Assembly (NCBI GenBank): GCA_963667175.2
Contig: CAXXXF010000003.1
Span: 384,001 to 448,000 of the forward strand
DNA from: Candidatus Latescibacterota bacterium
GTDB lineage: Bacteria; Latescibacterota; UBA2968; GCA-2709665
Length of the DNA stretch: 64,000 bases
Direction: 5' to 3'
The translations under genes and the position numbers were made by a program. This document shows positions 11,223 to 21,431 of the stretch, one piece after another (the first letter of the stretch is position 1; every line of letters starts with the position of its first letter). A model generated the notes under the pieces. It was given only the letters and a program-made list of their open reading frames with translations. It was not told the DNA's origin and searched no databases.

Positions 11223-12401
11223 ATGACTGCAGGCGATCTTGAATACGCGATGTTTTCCCGTAAGGAGATGGACCGGCGGTATGCCCGCGCGCGGGAGGAG
11301 ATGGATCGGCGCGGGATGAACGCGCTGTTTATCACTGGCGAGGAGAACTTTCAGTACTTCGCCGGCACGGCGGCGAGCGCGGCCCTGCACGCGTCGCTGA
11401 CCCGGCCGTCGGTCTTCATCCTCCCCCTGGATGGGGAACCGGTCATTGTCACACAGGGACAGGACAACATGGCGCTGGGGTCCTTTGTGACCGACGTGCG
11501 GGGATACGCGGATCTGTTCGCGTTTCCGCAAAGCGTCGTGATCCGGGCGTTGAGAGACGCGGGAGCGACCGGAGGCTCGGTAGGTGTGGAGTTGGGGCAG
11601 GAACAGCGGATGGGCATGCCGGTGGGGGCCTATCAGAACCTGACCGCGGCGATGCCCGACGTCGCGTTTGTCGACGCGGCGGAAGCGATCGTACGGCTCC
11701 GGATGGTGAAGTCAGAGGAAGAGCTCGCAACTATCCGGCGGGCGGCAGGGGTGACGGACCGGGCGCGGCAGCGGCTGTTCGGGATGATTCACGCCGGGAT
11801 GACGGAGCGGGAAACCGCCCGGCTGCTGCGCCGGTTGATTCTCGAGGAAGGCGGCGACGGGACTTCGTTTGTCATGCTGCTGCTGGGTATCCCCGGATCC
11901 CGGAACCCGTTCGGTTATGACAGGCCGCTGGCAGCCGGTCAGGTCGTCGGCGTGGATACGGGCGCCCGCGTGGGCATGTATACCATCGACTATACCCGGT
12001 GGGGCGTTTTCGGCACCGCGACAAGTGGGTTGAGGCGGATGTACGACGCGCTGCTGACGGTGAATCGTACGATGGCCGTTGCCCTCGGCCCCGGCGTGAG
12101 GTGTTCCGAAATCTACCGCGTGGGGGTCGAAGCGATTGAAAAAGCGTGTTCCGACGGGAATGGCCTGGAGCGGTTCGGGCCATCCCGCATGGGACACGGG
12201 CAGGGGATGCTGATCACGGAGCCCCCGAGCATCCATCCCGACGATCAGACGCCGCTGGAACCCGGGATGGTCCTGAGCACCGAGCCGGGATTGACCGCGG
12301 AAGGCACCCGGATGCTCTGGGAGGACGTCTATGTGATTTCGGAGGACGGATCCGAGCAGATCACCTCAGAGAGCGACGAACTTCGAGAAATTCTGTCCTG
12401 A
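11223..12401 (+). CDS. M24 Xaa-Pro peptidase family protein
   Basis: Creatinase N-domain, RMVKSEEE, GHGQG, EPG, WED. Confidence 0.9.
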   Translation: MTAGDLEYAMFSRKEMDRRYARAREEMDRRGMNALFITGEENFQYFAGTAASAALHASLTRPSVFILPLDGEPVIVTQGQDNMALGSFVTDVRGYADLFAFPQSVVIRALRDAGATGGSVGVELGQEQRMGMPVGAYQNLTAAMPDVAFVDAAEAIVRLRMVKSEEELATIRRAAGVTDRARQRLFGMIHAGMTERETARLLRRLILEEGGDGTSFVMLLLGIPGSRNPFGYDRPLAAGQVVGVDTGARVGMYTIDYTRWGVFGTATSGLRRMYDALLTVNRTMAVALGPGVRCSEIYRVGVEAIEKACSDGNGLERFGPSRMGHGQGMLITEPPSIHPDDQTPLEPGMVLSTEPGLTAEGTRMLWEDVYVISEDGSEQITSESDELREILS

Positions 12402-12463
12402 ACAGTGGATGTCTGTTGATCTTATGGATGCGATGGCTTAGAATTTGGCTATCAGCTAAAATC

Positions 12464-12591
12464 GGGAAGACGTAAGACGGGAGACGGTAGAGATTGGCCG
12501 CCCCGTGCGGTATCATCTCTTGCCGCAGGCATAAAGGAAGAACCGATCGGGCAAGGATGTCTTCTCCCGTCTCCCGTCTACCCGTTCTTCA
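12464..12591. repeat. dispersed repeat family H, copy 1 (heptamer arms around a core)
   Basis: AGACGG-type heptamer arms; core is a close reverse complement of 21450-21527. Confidence 0.85.
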
Positions 12592-12666
12592 GGCACTTAC
12601 ATCATCTCTTCTCTCCCGGCCCTTTGGCCGTCATATGAATGAGATCCAACGAACGGGAATGGAGCG

Positions 12667-13707
12667 ATGACTGACACTGCGTGGGCCAGCGTGATTGAGG
12701 ACGACCACAGGATCCGGATCGAGACCGACGAACTCGAAGCCGCGATTCCCAAGAAGGACCCGGTGCGATGGATGACCGGGATTGAAAAAGGATCGTTCGT
12801 CGACAGGAAAACCGGATTCTCCGAAATCGGCGACGGCCTGATGGTGGTCGACTGGCTCATGGAGCCCGGCAGCGATGAATCCTGGCGCGAAAGCGTGATG
12901 GCTGAAGACGGGCACGGCCTGGGGCGATACCGCTGGTATGAGAACGAGTCGGACCCTGGGAGTAGGGAATACGCCATCCTTGCTCACGGAAGCAGCCATC
13001 GCAAGCGAATGATCGAGGGACCGCAGTTGTGCCACCGGATGAAGCCCGTACAGCCGGACGTGATTCGCGGGACGGACTTCGTCGCCGTGAGGACCCGGTA
13101 CCGTTTCGAATACGCGGCGCCGGGCCGGAACACGGGGTCGCGGTGGACGCAGTTGATCGTGTTTCCCAGAGGCGAGCGGTTCTTCGTGTTGATGGACCGG
13201 ATCGAAAGCGTGAACGACTCACCCGAAATGTTTCTAAGAAACGACACGCCCGGCTGCGTCCGACACACGAATGGTGATACGTTCAGCGAAATCTACCTCA
13301 GCTATCTGAGCGGCCCCGGCGGCGTGCGCATCCCGTCCAGTGAATTCTTCGATCCGTTCCCTCCCGACCGGAAATTCGGGTATCGCCGCGACCTGAACAG
13401 AACGCCCCGCCGATTCATCCGGGCGTACCGCCTGCGGGATCCGAAAACGGGCGATAGCGGACCATGGCTGGGCGGCCTCACGCTGGATCCCTCCGCCGTC
13501 TGCGAAGCCTGGTGCAGCCAGCGGCCCGGGGATATCATCGTGATGATCCTCGAGATGCATGGCAGGCCGGTGCAGGCGGGGGATACGTTCAGCGCGGCCC
13601 ATATCGTAGGGTATTTCGACAACATCGAGGACATGCACGCGGTATACGATCGTCACGAGGGACACAGGAGTCTGGCGGTCGACTCATCGGGCTGGGAACT
13701 GAGGTAG
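12667..13707 (+). CDS. hypothetical protein
   Basis: 346-aa ORF with GGAG RBS and host-like codon usage; no motif recognised. Confidence 0.8.
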   Translation: MTDTAWASVIEDDHRIRIETDELEAAIPKKDPVRWMTGIEKGSFVDRKTGFSEIGDGLMVVDWLMEPGSDESWRESVMAEDGHGLGRYRWYENESDPGSREYAILAHGSSHRKRMIEGPQLCHRMKPVQPDVIRGTDFVAVRTRYRFEYAAPGRNTGSRWTQLIVFPRGERFFVLMDRIESVNDSPEMFLRNDTPGCVRHTNGDTFSEIYLSYLSGPGGVRIPSSEFFDPFPPDRKFGYRRDLNRTPRRFIRAYRLRDPKTGDSGPWLGGLTLDPSAVCEAWCSQRPGDIIVMILEMHGRPVQAGDTFSAAHIVGYFDNIEDMHAVYDRHEGHRSLAVDSSGWELR

Positions 13708-13781
13708 GGGTCCGGCCCCGCCAGGCGCGGTTCCACGGGGGAATCGTGGCGGCGTCGAAACTTTATCCGGGAGCAATCTCT

Positions 13782-14723
13782 ATGAACAACGTGGTGAAGG
13801 GACCCGATTGGGTATGCGTCACGGAGAAGGCGGCTTGGCAGGCGCGGGATTCGCAGGGGGAGATGGTGTGGGACGGCCACATGTGGATTTTTGGCGGCTG
13901 GTTCACCCCGCAGACCCCCAACCCGCGGGACGTCTGGAAGTCATCCGACGGGAAGAATTGGACATGTATGGTGGAGGTCGCACCCTGGGAACACGGCGAC
14001 CTTCCGGCAACCATGCCATTCAAGGACCGGATATGGCTGATGGGGGGGCGAAAATTGCCGGGCAAGGAGAATACGAACACGGTATGGTCGTCGCCCGACG
14101 GCGCCGAGTGGGTCCTGGAAACGGATGACCCGGGCTGGCGCCCCAGGGTATCGCCCTCGTTTGTTGTGTTCAAGGACCGCATGTGGATCATGGGGGGAAC
14201 CGAAGATTTCTACCAGGACGACGACACGACGCTCAAGAACGACGTCTGGTCCACCGTCGACGGCCGGAACTGGAGATGCGAAGTCGAAAACGCGGCCTGG
14301 TCGAAACGAACCCACGCCCAGGCCGTGGTCTTCAGGGATAAGATCTGGATCATGGGCGGCGGCGCCTGGCAGCCCGAGACCATCCCCCTCAACGACGTAT
14401 GGTGTTCCGAAGACGGTGCCAACTGGACGCAGGTGACGGCCGGGGCGCCCTGGAAGAAACGGATGTGGTTTTCCCTGGTCGTCTACCGGGACCATATGTG
14501 GGTTCTGGGGGGATGGTCGCGCAAGGACGGCGACTTCGGGGACGTCTGGTACTCGAAAGACGGCGCCAACTGGACGGAACTCAAATCCGACGTGATCTGG
14601 ACAAATCGCCACGAGCATTCGGCCTACGTGTTCAAGGACAGAATCTGGCTGGCCGGCGGTCATGCCAGGCCGTTGAACAGCGAGGTCTGGTCACTGGAGT
14701 TGCCGCGGGACTGGCAGGGTTGA
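13782..14723 (+). CDS. Kelch-repeat beta-propeller protein
   Basis: About six repeats of FKDRIWLMGG...NDVW.S.DG.NW. Confidence 0.88.
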   Translation: MNNVVKGPDWVCVTEKAAWQARDSQGEMVWDGHMWIFGGWFTPQTPNPRDVWKSSDGKNWTCMVEVAPWEHGDLPATMPFKDRIWLMGGRKLPGKENTNTVWSSPDGAEWVLETDDPGWRPRVSPSFVVFKDRMWIMGGTEDFYQDDDTTLKNDVWSTVDGRNWRCEVENAAWSKRTHAQAVVFRDKIWIMGGGAWQPETIPLNDVWCSEDGANWTQVTAGAPWKKRMWFSLVVYRDHMWVLGGWSRKDGDFGDVWYSKDGANWTELKSDVIWTNRHEHSAYVFKDRIWLAGGHARPLNSEVWSLELPRDWQG

Positions 14724-14798
14724 GAAGGGGACTTGACGCAACGGACCTGCCCGGGTTTCTGTACCAGGGAGCAATCCGCAATCAGGAGGAATTTCAAT

Positions 14799-15983
14799 AT
14801 GAAGATCAAGTCCGTCCGGGCCGTTCAGGTCAACTTTCCAGAGACCTATGGGCACCCGAAGCCCGGGCCCGTGGAATACAAGACGGCGCGCCGTCCTTCC
14901 TGGGCCTCGCAGGGTCCTGTAGCCAACCCCATGACGCGTTATCCGCGTTACGCCGCGTTCCGTCCGTCCTGGCTGCCGAAATGGGGAGGGTTCGGCTGTG
15001 CCGTCGAGGCCGAAGACGGCACGCTGGGTTTCGCCACGGCCAGCCATGGCCGTCCGGTGGCGGCCGTCATCGATGATTTTCTCGGACCGAGGCTGGTGGG
15101 TGAGAGCTGCATGGCGACTGAAAAGTGCTACGATATGATGGTGCGGATGGGCGCTTCTTATGGCGCTACGGGTCTGCATGCGTACGCCGTGAGCGCAATT
15201 GACCTCGCGCTGTGGGATCTCAAGGGCAAGCTCCTGGACCGGCCGGTATACGAACTGCTGGGCGGACCCGCGCGAGACGAGATGTTCTGCTATGCCACCG
15301 GCGGGGACGCCGACTGGTACCTGGAACTCGGATTCGAGGCCGTCAAGCTGCCCTGCCCGTACGGTCCGGCGGACGGCCTGGAGGGCCTCCGGAAGAACGT
15401 CGATCTTGTGGCCGGTACGCGAGACCTGGCGGGCGACAACGTGGAACTGATGCTGGACTGCTGGATGGCGTTCGACGTGGAGTACGCCGTACGCCTGGCG
15501 GAGGAACTGCGTCCGTTCAAACTCAAATGGATGGAGGAAATGCTCCGCTCGGAGGATCTGGACGCCCACGCCGAGTTGCGCCGCCGGCTTCCCTGGGCCA
15601 CCCTGGCCACCGGCGAACACTGGTACACGACCGTCCCGTTCCAGCACGCGGCAAGCCGCCACGTCCTGGACATTCTCCAGCCGGACATCAACTGGGTGGG
15701 CGGGATGACCGCAGTGGTCAAGATCTGCGCCATTGCAGAGGCCGCGGGCATATCGGTCATTCCCCACGGCGGCGGCAATACGCCGTACGGGCAGCACGTC
15801 TGTTACGCGATGCCGGCAATTCCCTGGACCGAATGTTACATCGCCAGCCCGCCGGGCGTGGACCCGGACGAAGCCGCGCGGCCCCCCGGCGTTTCCGCCC
15901 CCCGGGGCGGGCGAATGAAGCCGGTCGACGGACCGGGCTTCGGCGTGGAGGTCACGGAAGCTCAGGTGTCCCCGTTTCAATAA
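14799..15983 (+). CDS. rhmD: enolase-superfamily acid-sugar dehydratase, L-rhamnonate dehydratase-like
   Basis: VANPMTRYP, SAIDLALWDLKGK, LMLDCW, WMEE, TGEH, LQPD, PHGG. Confidence 0.75.
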   Translation: MKIKSVRAVQVNFPETYGHPKPGPVEYKTARRPSWASQGPVANPMTRYPRYAAFRPSWLPKWGGFGCAVEAEDGTLGFATASHGRPVAAVIDDFLGPRLVGESCMATEKCYDMMVRMGASYGATGLHAYAVSAIDLALWDLKGKLLDRPVYELLGGPARDEMFCYATGGDADWYLELGFEAVKLPCPYGPADGLEGLRKNVDLVAGTRDLAGDNVELMLDCWMAFDVEYAVRLAEELRPFKLKWMEEMLRSEDLDAHAELRRRLPWATLATGEHWYTTVPFQHAASRHVLDILQPDINWVGGMTAVVKICAIAEAAGISVIPHGGGNTPYGQHVCYAMPAIPWTECYIASPPGVDPDEAARPPGVSAPRGGRMKPVDGPGFGVEVTEAQVSPFQ

Positions 15984-16098
15984 TAGAAGGGCGGGAAGGG
16001 GACGGATTCCGGCCGACGCCATCGACGGCACCGGGCAGGGATGTCATTCTCCCGCTTGCCACCCGCGAGGTCTGCCTGTGAACACCAGAGGATGCACG

Positions 16099-17823
16099 AT
16101 GAGGATGAATCTATGGGTCGTCGCGGGCGCACTGGCGATGGGCAACGGGACGGGCAACCCCTCGCCGGCGGGGGCGGGGAATGTCGTCGAAAGGGCAACC
16201 GAGAACTGCTGGCGGTCGGTACGTTCAGACTGCATCTCCCGGCTTACGCTTCAGGCCGCAAAGGCGTTCGTTGCAAGGTCCGATTGGGAACTGGAAATAC
16301 GCGCCGGGGCGTTTGCTGCGGCCGCGGCCGCCCGGGCCATGGAGGGCGATGCGGAAGATGCAAACGTCAATTTCGATCGGGCGGTTGCCGCCGCCCGCAC
16401 GATAGAGGGCGGATATGCCCGCGCCCGCGCGTTACGAAACGTCGCGTCCGTCCAGGCTGGCGCGGGAGCCGTCGAATCGGCCCGGGCGATCGCCGCGTCG
16501 ATCGGAGATGCGCAGGGCAGGCTCGATGCGCTGGTTGACGTTGCGTCGGCGTCGGCGAAGAAGGGAGACCTCGGGGCCGCCCTGGAGAGTTTTCGCATCG
16601 CCGTCGCGACTGCGCGTTCCACTGGAGAAAGCAGTCTGCGCAAGCGAGGCCTGAGCAAGGTCGCCGTCGCGCAGGCGGCGGTCGGATACACCGCTTCTGC
16701 CCGAGGGACCGCGAGGTCGATTGACGACGTGGAAGGGCGGGTCGCCGCGCTGTCCGACGTGGCGTTGACGCTGGCGAAGCAGGGAAGGGACGAAGACGCC
16801 AGGGCGTTCTTCGACCTGGCCGTTGAGGACGCGGGTGACGTCATCGACGGATATCGACGGGCAATCGCGCTGGGCAAGGTCGCCTGGGCGCAGGCGGAAA
16901 CGGGTGACGAAACCGGAGCCCGCAAAACGCTGGACAAAGCCCTCCAGGCAGGCGGGCAAGGGATGGACGTTTACAGCGCCGGCGTGACGATTGCTTCGCT
17001 CGCCGACGTCGACCCGTATGCATTCATCCGGATTGCAGGCGCTCAGAGGAAGGTAGAGGACCTTAATGGCGCTCGCCGGACCCTGCGCCGGGCTTTTCAG
17101 TCCGTCAGCGAGGATGCGTCGCCGTCTCAGGTGAAATGGCTGTTCAATATCGCATCGGCACAGTCGGCGGCTGGAGATGCCGACGGCGCCCGGCGGACCA
17201 TTGACGCCGCCGCCCGGCGCCTCAGGTCCGACAGCGATGGTGACCTCGCGCAGAACCTGGTCTACCATATCGCGGCGGACCAGCTGGAGACGCTGCTCGA
17301 AATCGCCGCGTCGATAAACCCCGAGGACATGGAGGGAAAGAGAAATCTGGTCTATCACGTGGCCATGCGCCAGGCACAGAAGGGCGAGATATCCAGCAGC
17401 CTGCAGAACGCGAAAATGATCGACCACATTGCGAGGCGGGATGCCGTATTCAGGGATATCGTAAGCGCGCAGGCACGTGCCGGGCGATTCAAGGCCGCCA
17501 CGTCGACGGCAACGTCAATCGGGGATTCGAACAAGAGGGTCCGGGCGCTGTCGGAGATCGCGCGGGCCCAGGCGCGATCGGGTGACGCTGGCAGTGCCGG
17601 CAAAACCCTTCGCAGGGCGACAGCGGGACTGAGTGGGTCGGGTGGCTCCGGGATCACCACGTGGACCCACACCGATCTTGCCAGGGCGCAGGTCGAGGCA
17701 GGTCGGCCCGGCGAAGCGAAGCAGACCCTGCGGGACGCCCTCAGGGAACTCAGGGCGGCCACCCCGCTCGCGCGCGCCACCTGGCTGCCGGAAATACTTG
17801 ACGTGATCCGCAAGACAGAATAG
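16099..17823 (+). CDS. secreted TPR-like helical repeat protein
   Basis: Hydrophobic N-terminus; repeated AL..(V/I)A.AQA..G....A units. Confidence 0.8.
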   Translation: MRMNLWVVAGALAMGNGTGNPSPAGAGNVVERATENCWRSVRSDCISRLTLQAAKAFVARSDWELEIRAGAFAAAAAARAMEGDAEDANVNFDRAVAAARTIEGGYARARALRNVASVQAGAGAVESARAIAASIGDAQGRLDALVDVASASAKKGDLGAALESFRIAVATARSTGESSLRKRGLSKVAVAQAAVGYTASARGTARSIDDVEGRVAALSDVALTLAKQGRDEDARAFFDLAVEDAGDVIDGYRRAIALGKVAWAQAETGDETGARKTLDKALQAGGQGMDVYSAGVTIASLADVDPYAFIRIAGAQRKVEDLNGARRTLRRAFQSVSEDASPSQVKWLFNIASAQSAAGDADGARRTIDAAARRLRSDSDGDLAQNLVYHIAADQLETLLEIAASINPEDMEGKRNLVYHVAMRQAQKGEISSSLQNAKMIDHIARRDAVFRDIVSAQARAGRFKAATSTATSIGDSNKRVRALSEIARAQARSGDAGSAGKTLRRATAGLSGSGGSGITTWTHTDLARAQVEAGRPGEAKQTLRDALRELRAATPLARATWLPEILDVIRKTE

Positions 17824-17878
17824 ACCTGGCGACGCGATGGATGCGTCCATCGACCAGGGACCGTTTTCCTGAAGCGAC

Positions 17879-17908
17879 AAAAGACGCCTTCCGATCTGGC
17901 GTCTTTTT
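17879..17908. terminator. intrinsic terminator, possibly bidirectional
   Basis: AAAAGACGCC-loop-GGCGTCTTTT. Confidence 0.75.
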
Positions 17909-17945
17909 CGTGCGCAAACGACCAGTCTGCGGTACCGCCGTAATG

Positions 17946-17979
17946 AAAAAAAGCGGACGCCGATCCCTCGGCGTCCGCC
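17946..17979 (-). terminator. intrinsic terminator of the cold-shock gene
   Basis: GCGGACGCCGA-loop-TCGGCGTCCGC followed by T7 on the minus strand. Confidence 0.85.
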
Positions 17980-18004
17980 TTCATTTACAAATGCTTCGTT
18001 CAAT

Positions 18005-18205
18005 CTATCGTTTCATCACGTTCGCCGCCTGGAGCCCTTTCGGACCCTCGACGATGTCGAATTCGACCTCATCACCCTCGGTCAAAGACTTGAAACCTTC
18101 AGCCTGGATTGCCGAAAAATGCACGAATACGTCCTCCCCGCCGTCCTGCTCGATGAAACCAAAGCCCTTGGCGTCGTTGAACCACTTCACTCGACCGTCA
18201 GCCAC
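18005..18205 (-). CDS. cspA: cold-shock protein
   Basis: [34 protein letters not shown]. Confidence 0.95.
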   Translation of the reverse strand: MADGRVKWFNDAKGFGFIEQDGGEDVFVHFSAIQAEGFKSLTEGDEVEFDIVEGPKGLQAANVMKR

Positions 18206-18252
18206 TGCTAATTCACCACCTTTCTACCTTGAACTGAATGTGCAGGCAAATC

Positions 18253-18381
18253 AAAAAAGGCAAGGACCGGGAATTCTGATCCTTGCCGCATCGCTTTTTT
18301 CGACTGCACAGGAGACAGAAACAACGTCCTTCAATATTGCAACCTTGCATTTAAAGTAAATCGTTCGATCACGGATGTCAA
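18253..18381 (-). promoter_or_regulatory. cold-shock gene promoter and long 5' leader with terminator-like hairpin
   Basis: TTGACA-17-TACTTT (18381-18353); GGCAAGGATC/GGTCCTTGCC stem then T6 (18287-18253). Confidence 0.7.
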
Positions 18382-18482
18382 CTCTTTTCTGCAACATGCC
18401 GGGTTTTTTCGTATCCTGCCGGATCACCCGCTCCCGGGCTGAACGTCGTTGAGCGGAATCGCGCCGTGGGTCGGGGTGCGCC

Positions 18483-18809
18483 TCAGTGCGTGGAATTCGA
18501 GAGATGCAAGCCGGTCACGCCCCCGATAATGAGTGCGATGGAGAGCAGCTTGACCGCGGTGACCGGTTCCTTGAAATACCAGAAGCCGACGAGGGAGATG
18601 ATAGCCGTACCCAGGCCGGCCCAGACGGCGTACGCGACGCTCACGGGAATCTGTTTAAGCGCCATGGTCAGGCCTGCCAGGGAGGCCAGGTAAAAGACGG
18701 CGACGCCGATCGAGGGCAGCAAACGGGCGAATCCTTCGGAGAGTTTCATACATGTCGTGCCAACGACTTCGAGAACGATGGCGAGAAACAGATAGACCCA
18801 ACTGGCCAT
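18483..18809 (-). CDS. SMR/DMT family small multidrug transporter
   Basis: LAIVLEVVGT, KLSEGF, VAYAVWAGLG, four hydrophobic helices. Confidence 0.92.
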   Translation of the reverse strand: MASWVYLFLAIVLEVVGTTCMKLSEGFARLLPSIGVAVFYLASLAGLTMALKQIPVSVAYAVWAGLGTAIISLVGFWYFKEPVTAVKLLSIALIIGGVTGLHLSNSTH

Positions 18810-18935
18810 TGACAGATCTCCTGAGGTGGCTGATGGTTGCGGTTGACATTCGCCGGGTTCGTAGGCATTTTAGCCACGTTTCACGGATGAGGCAAACGCA
18901 AACCAGAGGGTTCTTTCAACGGAAAGGACAATTGA

Positions 18936-19802
18936 ATGTCGCTGCCGATCATTATGCACGTGAATTATTGTGAACAGGGGCAGACGATCCCGGAGATGTG
19001 CCGGAAGGCGGTAGGCTGGGGATACGACGGGATCGAGTTCCGTCGGTTTCGCCGGGGCGTGGAGGAGACGACTGAGCAGTACCTGGATACGATCGCCGCG
19101 GCCGCGGAAGCCTCGGGATTGAAGCACGTGCTGTTCGGGGGCCCCGGGGTCGAGCTGATGCAGGAAGATGCCGGCTGCCGCCTGGCGCAGGTTGCGGAAG
19201 GGGTCCGGTTCTACCGCCTTGCGAGCGAGAGGCTGAAGCTGACGGTCTGCAATATTATGGCCGGAACGCTGCGCAGTTCGGACCCGAATGCGGGGTCGGC
19301 GCATCATTTGCATGGATCCGGCGCCGCGGGGCCCCATCATTACGAGTGGGCGGCCGAGGGATTCCGGGAACTCGGCGCGGTCGCCGAGGAGATCGGATTC
19401 AGGCTGGCGTTTGAGATCCACATGGGCTACGTGCACGATCTGCCCGCGCCCACGATGAAGCTCCTGGACATGATCGGCTCACCGGCTGTCGGGGCGAATC
19501 TGGACTATGGGAATATGGTGTATTTCCCGTCCTGTCCGTCTATCGGCGAGACCGTATCCACGCTGGGGCAGAAGCTGTTCATGGCGCATCTGAAGAACTC
19601 GATGCCCGCCGGCGACGGCCGGAACGCCGTGGGGCTGGGCGAGGGGACCATCAACCACCGGGAGTATCTGCTGGCCCTGAAAGACTCGGGCTTCGGCGGT
19701 CCCATCTGCATCGAAGCGCCCAGGGCGGGCGACCGAGAGTGGTACGCCCGGCAGGACGTCGCCTATCTCAAAGCGGTAATGAGAGATCTGGCGTGGGAGT
19801 AG
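18936..19802 (+). CDS. sugar phosphate isomerase/epimerase (xylose isomerase-like TIM barrel)
   Basis: GYDGIEF, AFEIH, NLDYGN, HLKN, ICIE. Confidence 0.88.
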   Translation: MSLPIIMHVNYCEQGQTIPEMCRKAVGWGYDGIEFRRFRRGVEETTEQYLDTIAAAAEASGLKHVLFGGPGVELMQEDAGCRLAQVAEGVRFYRLASERLKLTVCNIMAGTLRSSDPNAGSAHHLHGSGAAGPHHYEWAAEGFRELGAVAEEIGFRLAFEIHMGYVHDLPAPTMKLLDMIGSPAVGANLDYGNMVYFPSCPSIGETVSTLGQKLFMAHLKNSMPAGDGRNAVGLGEGTINHREYLLALKDSGFGGPICIEAPRAGDREWYARQDVAYLKAVMRDLAWE

Positions 19803-19863
19803 TAGCGGCGTCCGGCTCAGGGTCCGAGTCGATCGGGGTTTCGTTCCTCGACAGCGTGTCCCG

Positions 19864-20808
19864 TCAGCTCAGGACCAGTCGGGACGCGCCCAGGACGCCG
19901 GCGTCGTTGCCCAGCTCAGCGGGTAGGATGCGGGTATGATCGAACATCCCCTCCAGCGTGTATTCCCTGGCCACGGCGTCGATGGGGTCCAGAAGAACGC
20001 GGCCGGCGGCGGAAATTCCCCCGCCGATGGCAATGACGTCGGGGCTGATGACATTGATGATATTGGCAATGGCGATGCCGAGATAACGGGCAACGCTGGC
20101 GACGGCTTCACGGGCGAGGCTGTCGCCGCTTTTCGCGGCCAGGCAGATGGTTTCCGGGGTGAGAGGTTCCACGTCTGAGAGGGAACCAGGCGGCGCTTCC
20201 CGGCGGCGGCGGCGGACGTAGCGGACCATCGCGGGGCCGGCGGTGAGAGCTTCCAGACATCCTTTTTTACCGCATCCGCAGACAGGGCCGTCCGGATCCA
20301 GGCACATGTGCCCGATTTCGCCCGCGGCGAACGATGCGCCATGGTGGATGACGCCGCCCAGAACGAGTCCGCCGCCGATGCCCGTTCCCAGGGTGATGAG
20401 AAAGAGAGACTCACATCCCCGGCCCGCCCCCAGGTGGGCTTCTCCCATGGCGGCGACGCTGGCGTCGTTGTCGATTTCAACGCGCAGCCTGATCCGTTCC
20501 TCCAGGATCCGTTTGAACGGGACGCGGCGCCAGTGAAGATTCGGAGCGATAATAACGTCTCCAGCCGCCGTGGTAACTCCGGGCACGCCGATACCCACGC
20601 CGGCAACGTCGTCATTCGCCAGGCCGTGCCGGTCGCAAAGGGCTTCGTAGAGTTCCGCGATCCGGTCCGCCACACCGTGTGCGCCGCTGTCGACGTCCGT
20701 AGGAACACGGGCTTTGCCTTCGATGCGACCGTCAGCCGCGATGAGCGCGCCCTTGATGCTGCCGCCGCCGAGATCGATGCCAACCGCGTGTCGATGTTGA
20801 CCTGCCAT
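19864..20808 (-). CDS. ROK family kinase (glucokinase-like)
   Basis: GIDLGG, DNDA, GTGIGGG, GEIGH, CGCGKKGCLE. Confidence 0.92.
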   Translation of the reverse strand: MAGQHRHAVGIDLGGGSIKGALIAADGRIEGKARVPTDVDSGAHGVADRIAELYEALCDRHGLANDDVAGVGIGVPGVTTAAGDVIIAPNLHWRRVPFKRILEERIRLRVEIDNDASVAAMGEAHLGAGRGCESLFLITLGTGIGGGLVLGGVIHHGASFAAGEIGHMCLDPDGPVCGCGKKGCLEALTAGPAMVRYVRRRRREAPPGSLSDVEPLTPETICLAAKSGDSLAREAVASVARYLGIAIANIINVISPDVIAIGGGISAAGRVLLDPIDAVAREYTLEGMFDHTRILPAELGNDAGVLGASRLVLS

Positions 20809-20919
20809 AGCGGATCCTTCCGGTTTGCGCCTGCCGAAGAACCTCACGACGTCCTGTCCATAGCCGAATGAGCGATTCGAGGGCGCCGTCAATGCTCGTG
20901 GCAAGACCGGGTTCGCGAA

Positions 20920-21240
20920 TCAGGCGTTTTCGGCGATCCAGTCCAGGTACGGCGGATTCCCGCGTTGGATGGGAAGGGCAATAACTTCAGGCACGTCGTA
21001 ACTGTGCAGTTCGTTCGCCCGGACGATGAGCGCATCGAGGCTGGCCTGTGTCGTCTTGAGGATCATCAGGAATTCGGCATCATCTTCAATGGCGCCTTGC
21101 CAGCGGTAAATGGTTCGGACCTGACCGCTAATATTAGCGCACGCCGCCAGGCGTTCTTCAACCAGAACGCGGCCGATTCGGGCGGCCTCCGCTTCGCTCG
21201 GTACGGTGACGAACACGACGTAATTCCGGACTTCGGGCAT
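20920..21240 (-). CDS. cutA: divalent-cation tolerance protein CutA
   Basis: VEERLAACAN, YRWQG, HSYDVPEVI. Confidence 0.95.
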   Translation of the reverse strand: MPEVRNYVVFVTVPSEAEAARIGRVLVEERLAACANISGQVRTIYRWQGAIEDDAEFLMILKTTQASLDALIVRANELHSYDVPEVIALPIQRGNPPYLDWIAENA

Positions 21241-21431
21241 GGATTACCTCCAGGAGTCGAGACCTTTACGAGTTCGCCTGGCGAAGCGGCTCGTCTGCGG
21301 CGGCCCGGCGCGTTGGATGGCTGTCACGGGCCGTTGGGATGGCCCCGGAAGCTCGCACCGCTGAAGATATGCAGAAGGACCGTAAAGTCAAGGTCAGTGT
21401 TCTGTCCCGGAAAGACAGTAGCAAAAGCGGT

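Noticed and set aside
18810-18935. Possible guanidine riboswitch upstream of the SMR gene
   Set aside because: No paired ACGR-loop hairpins or ykkC consensus found
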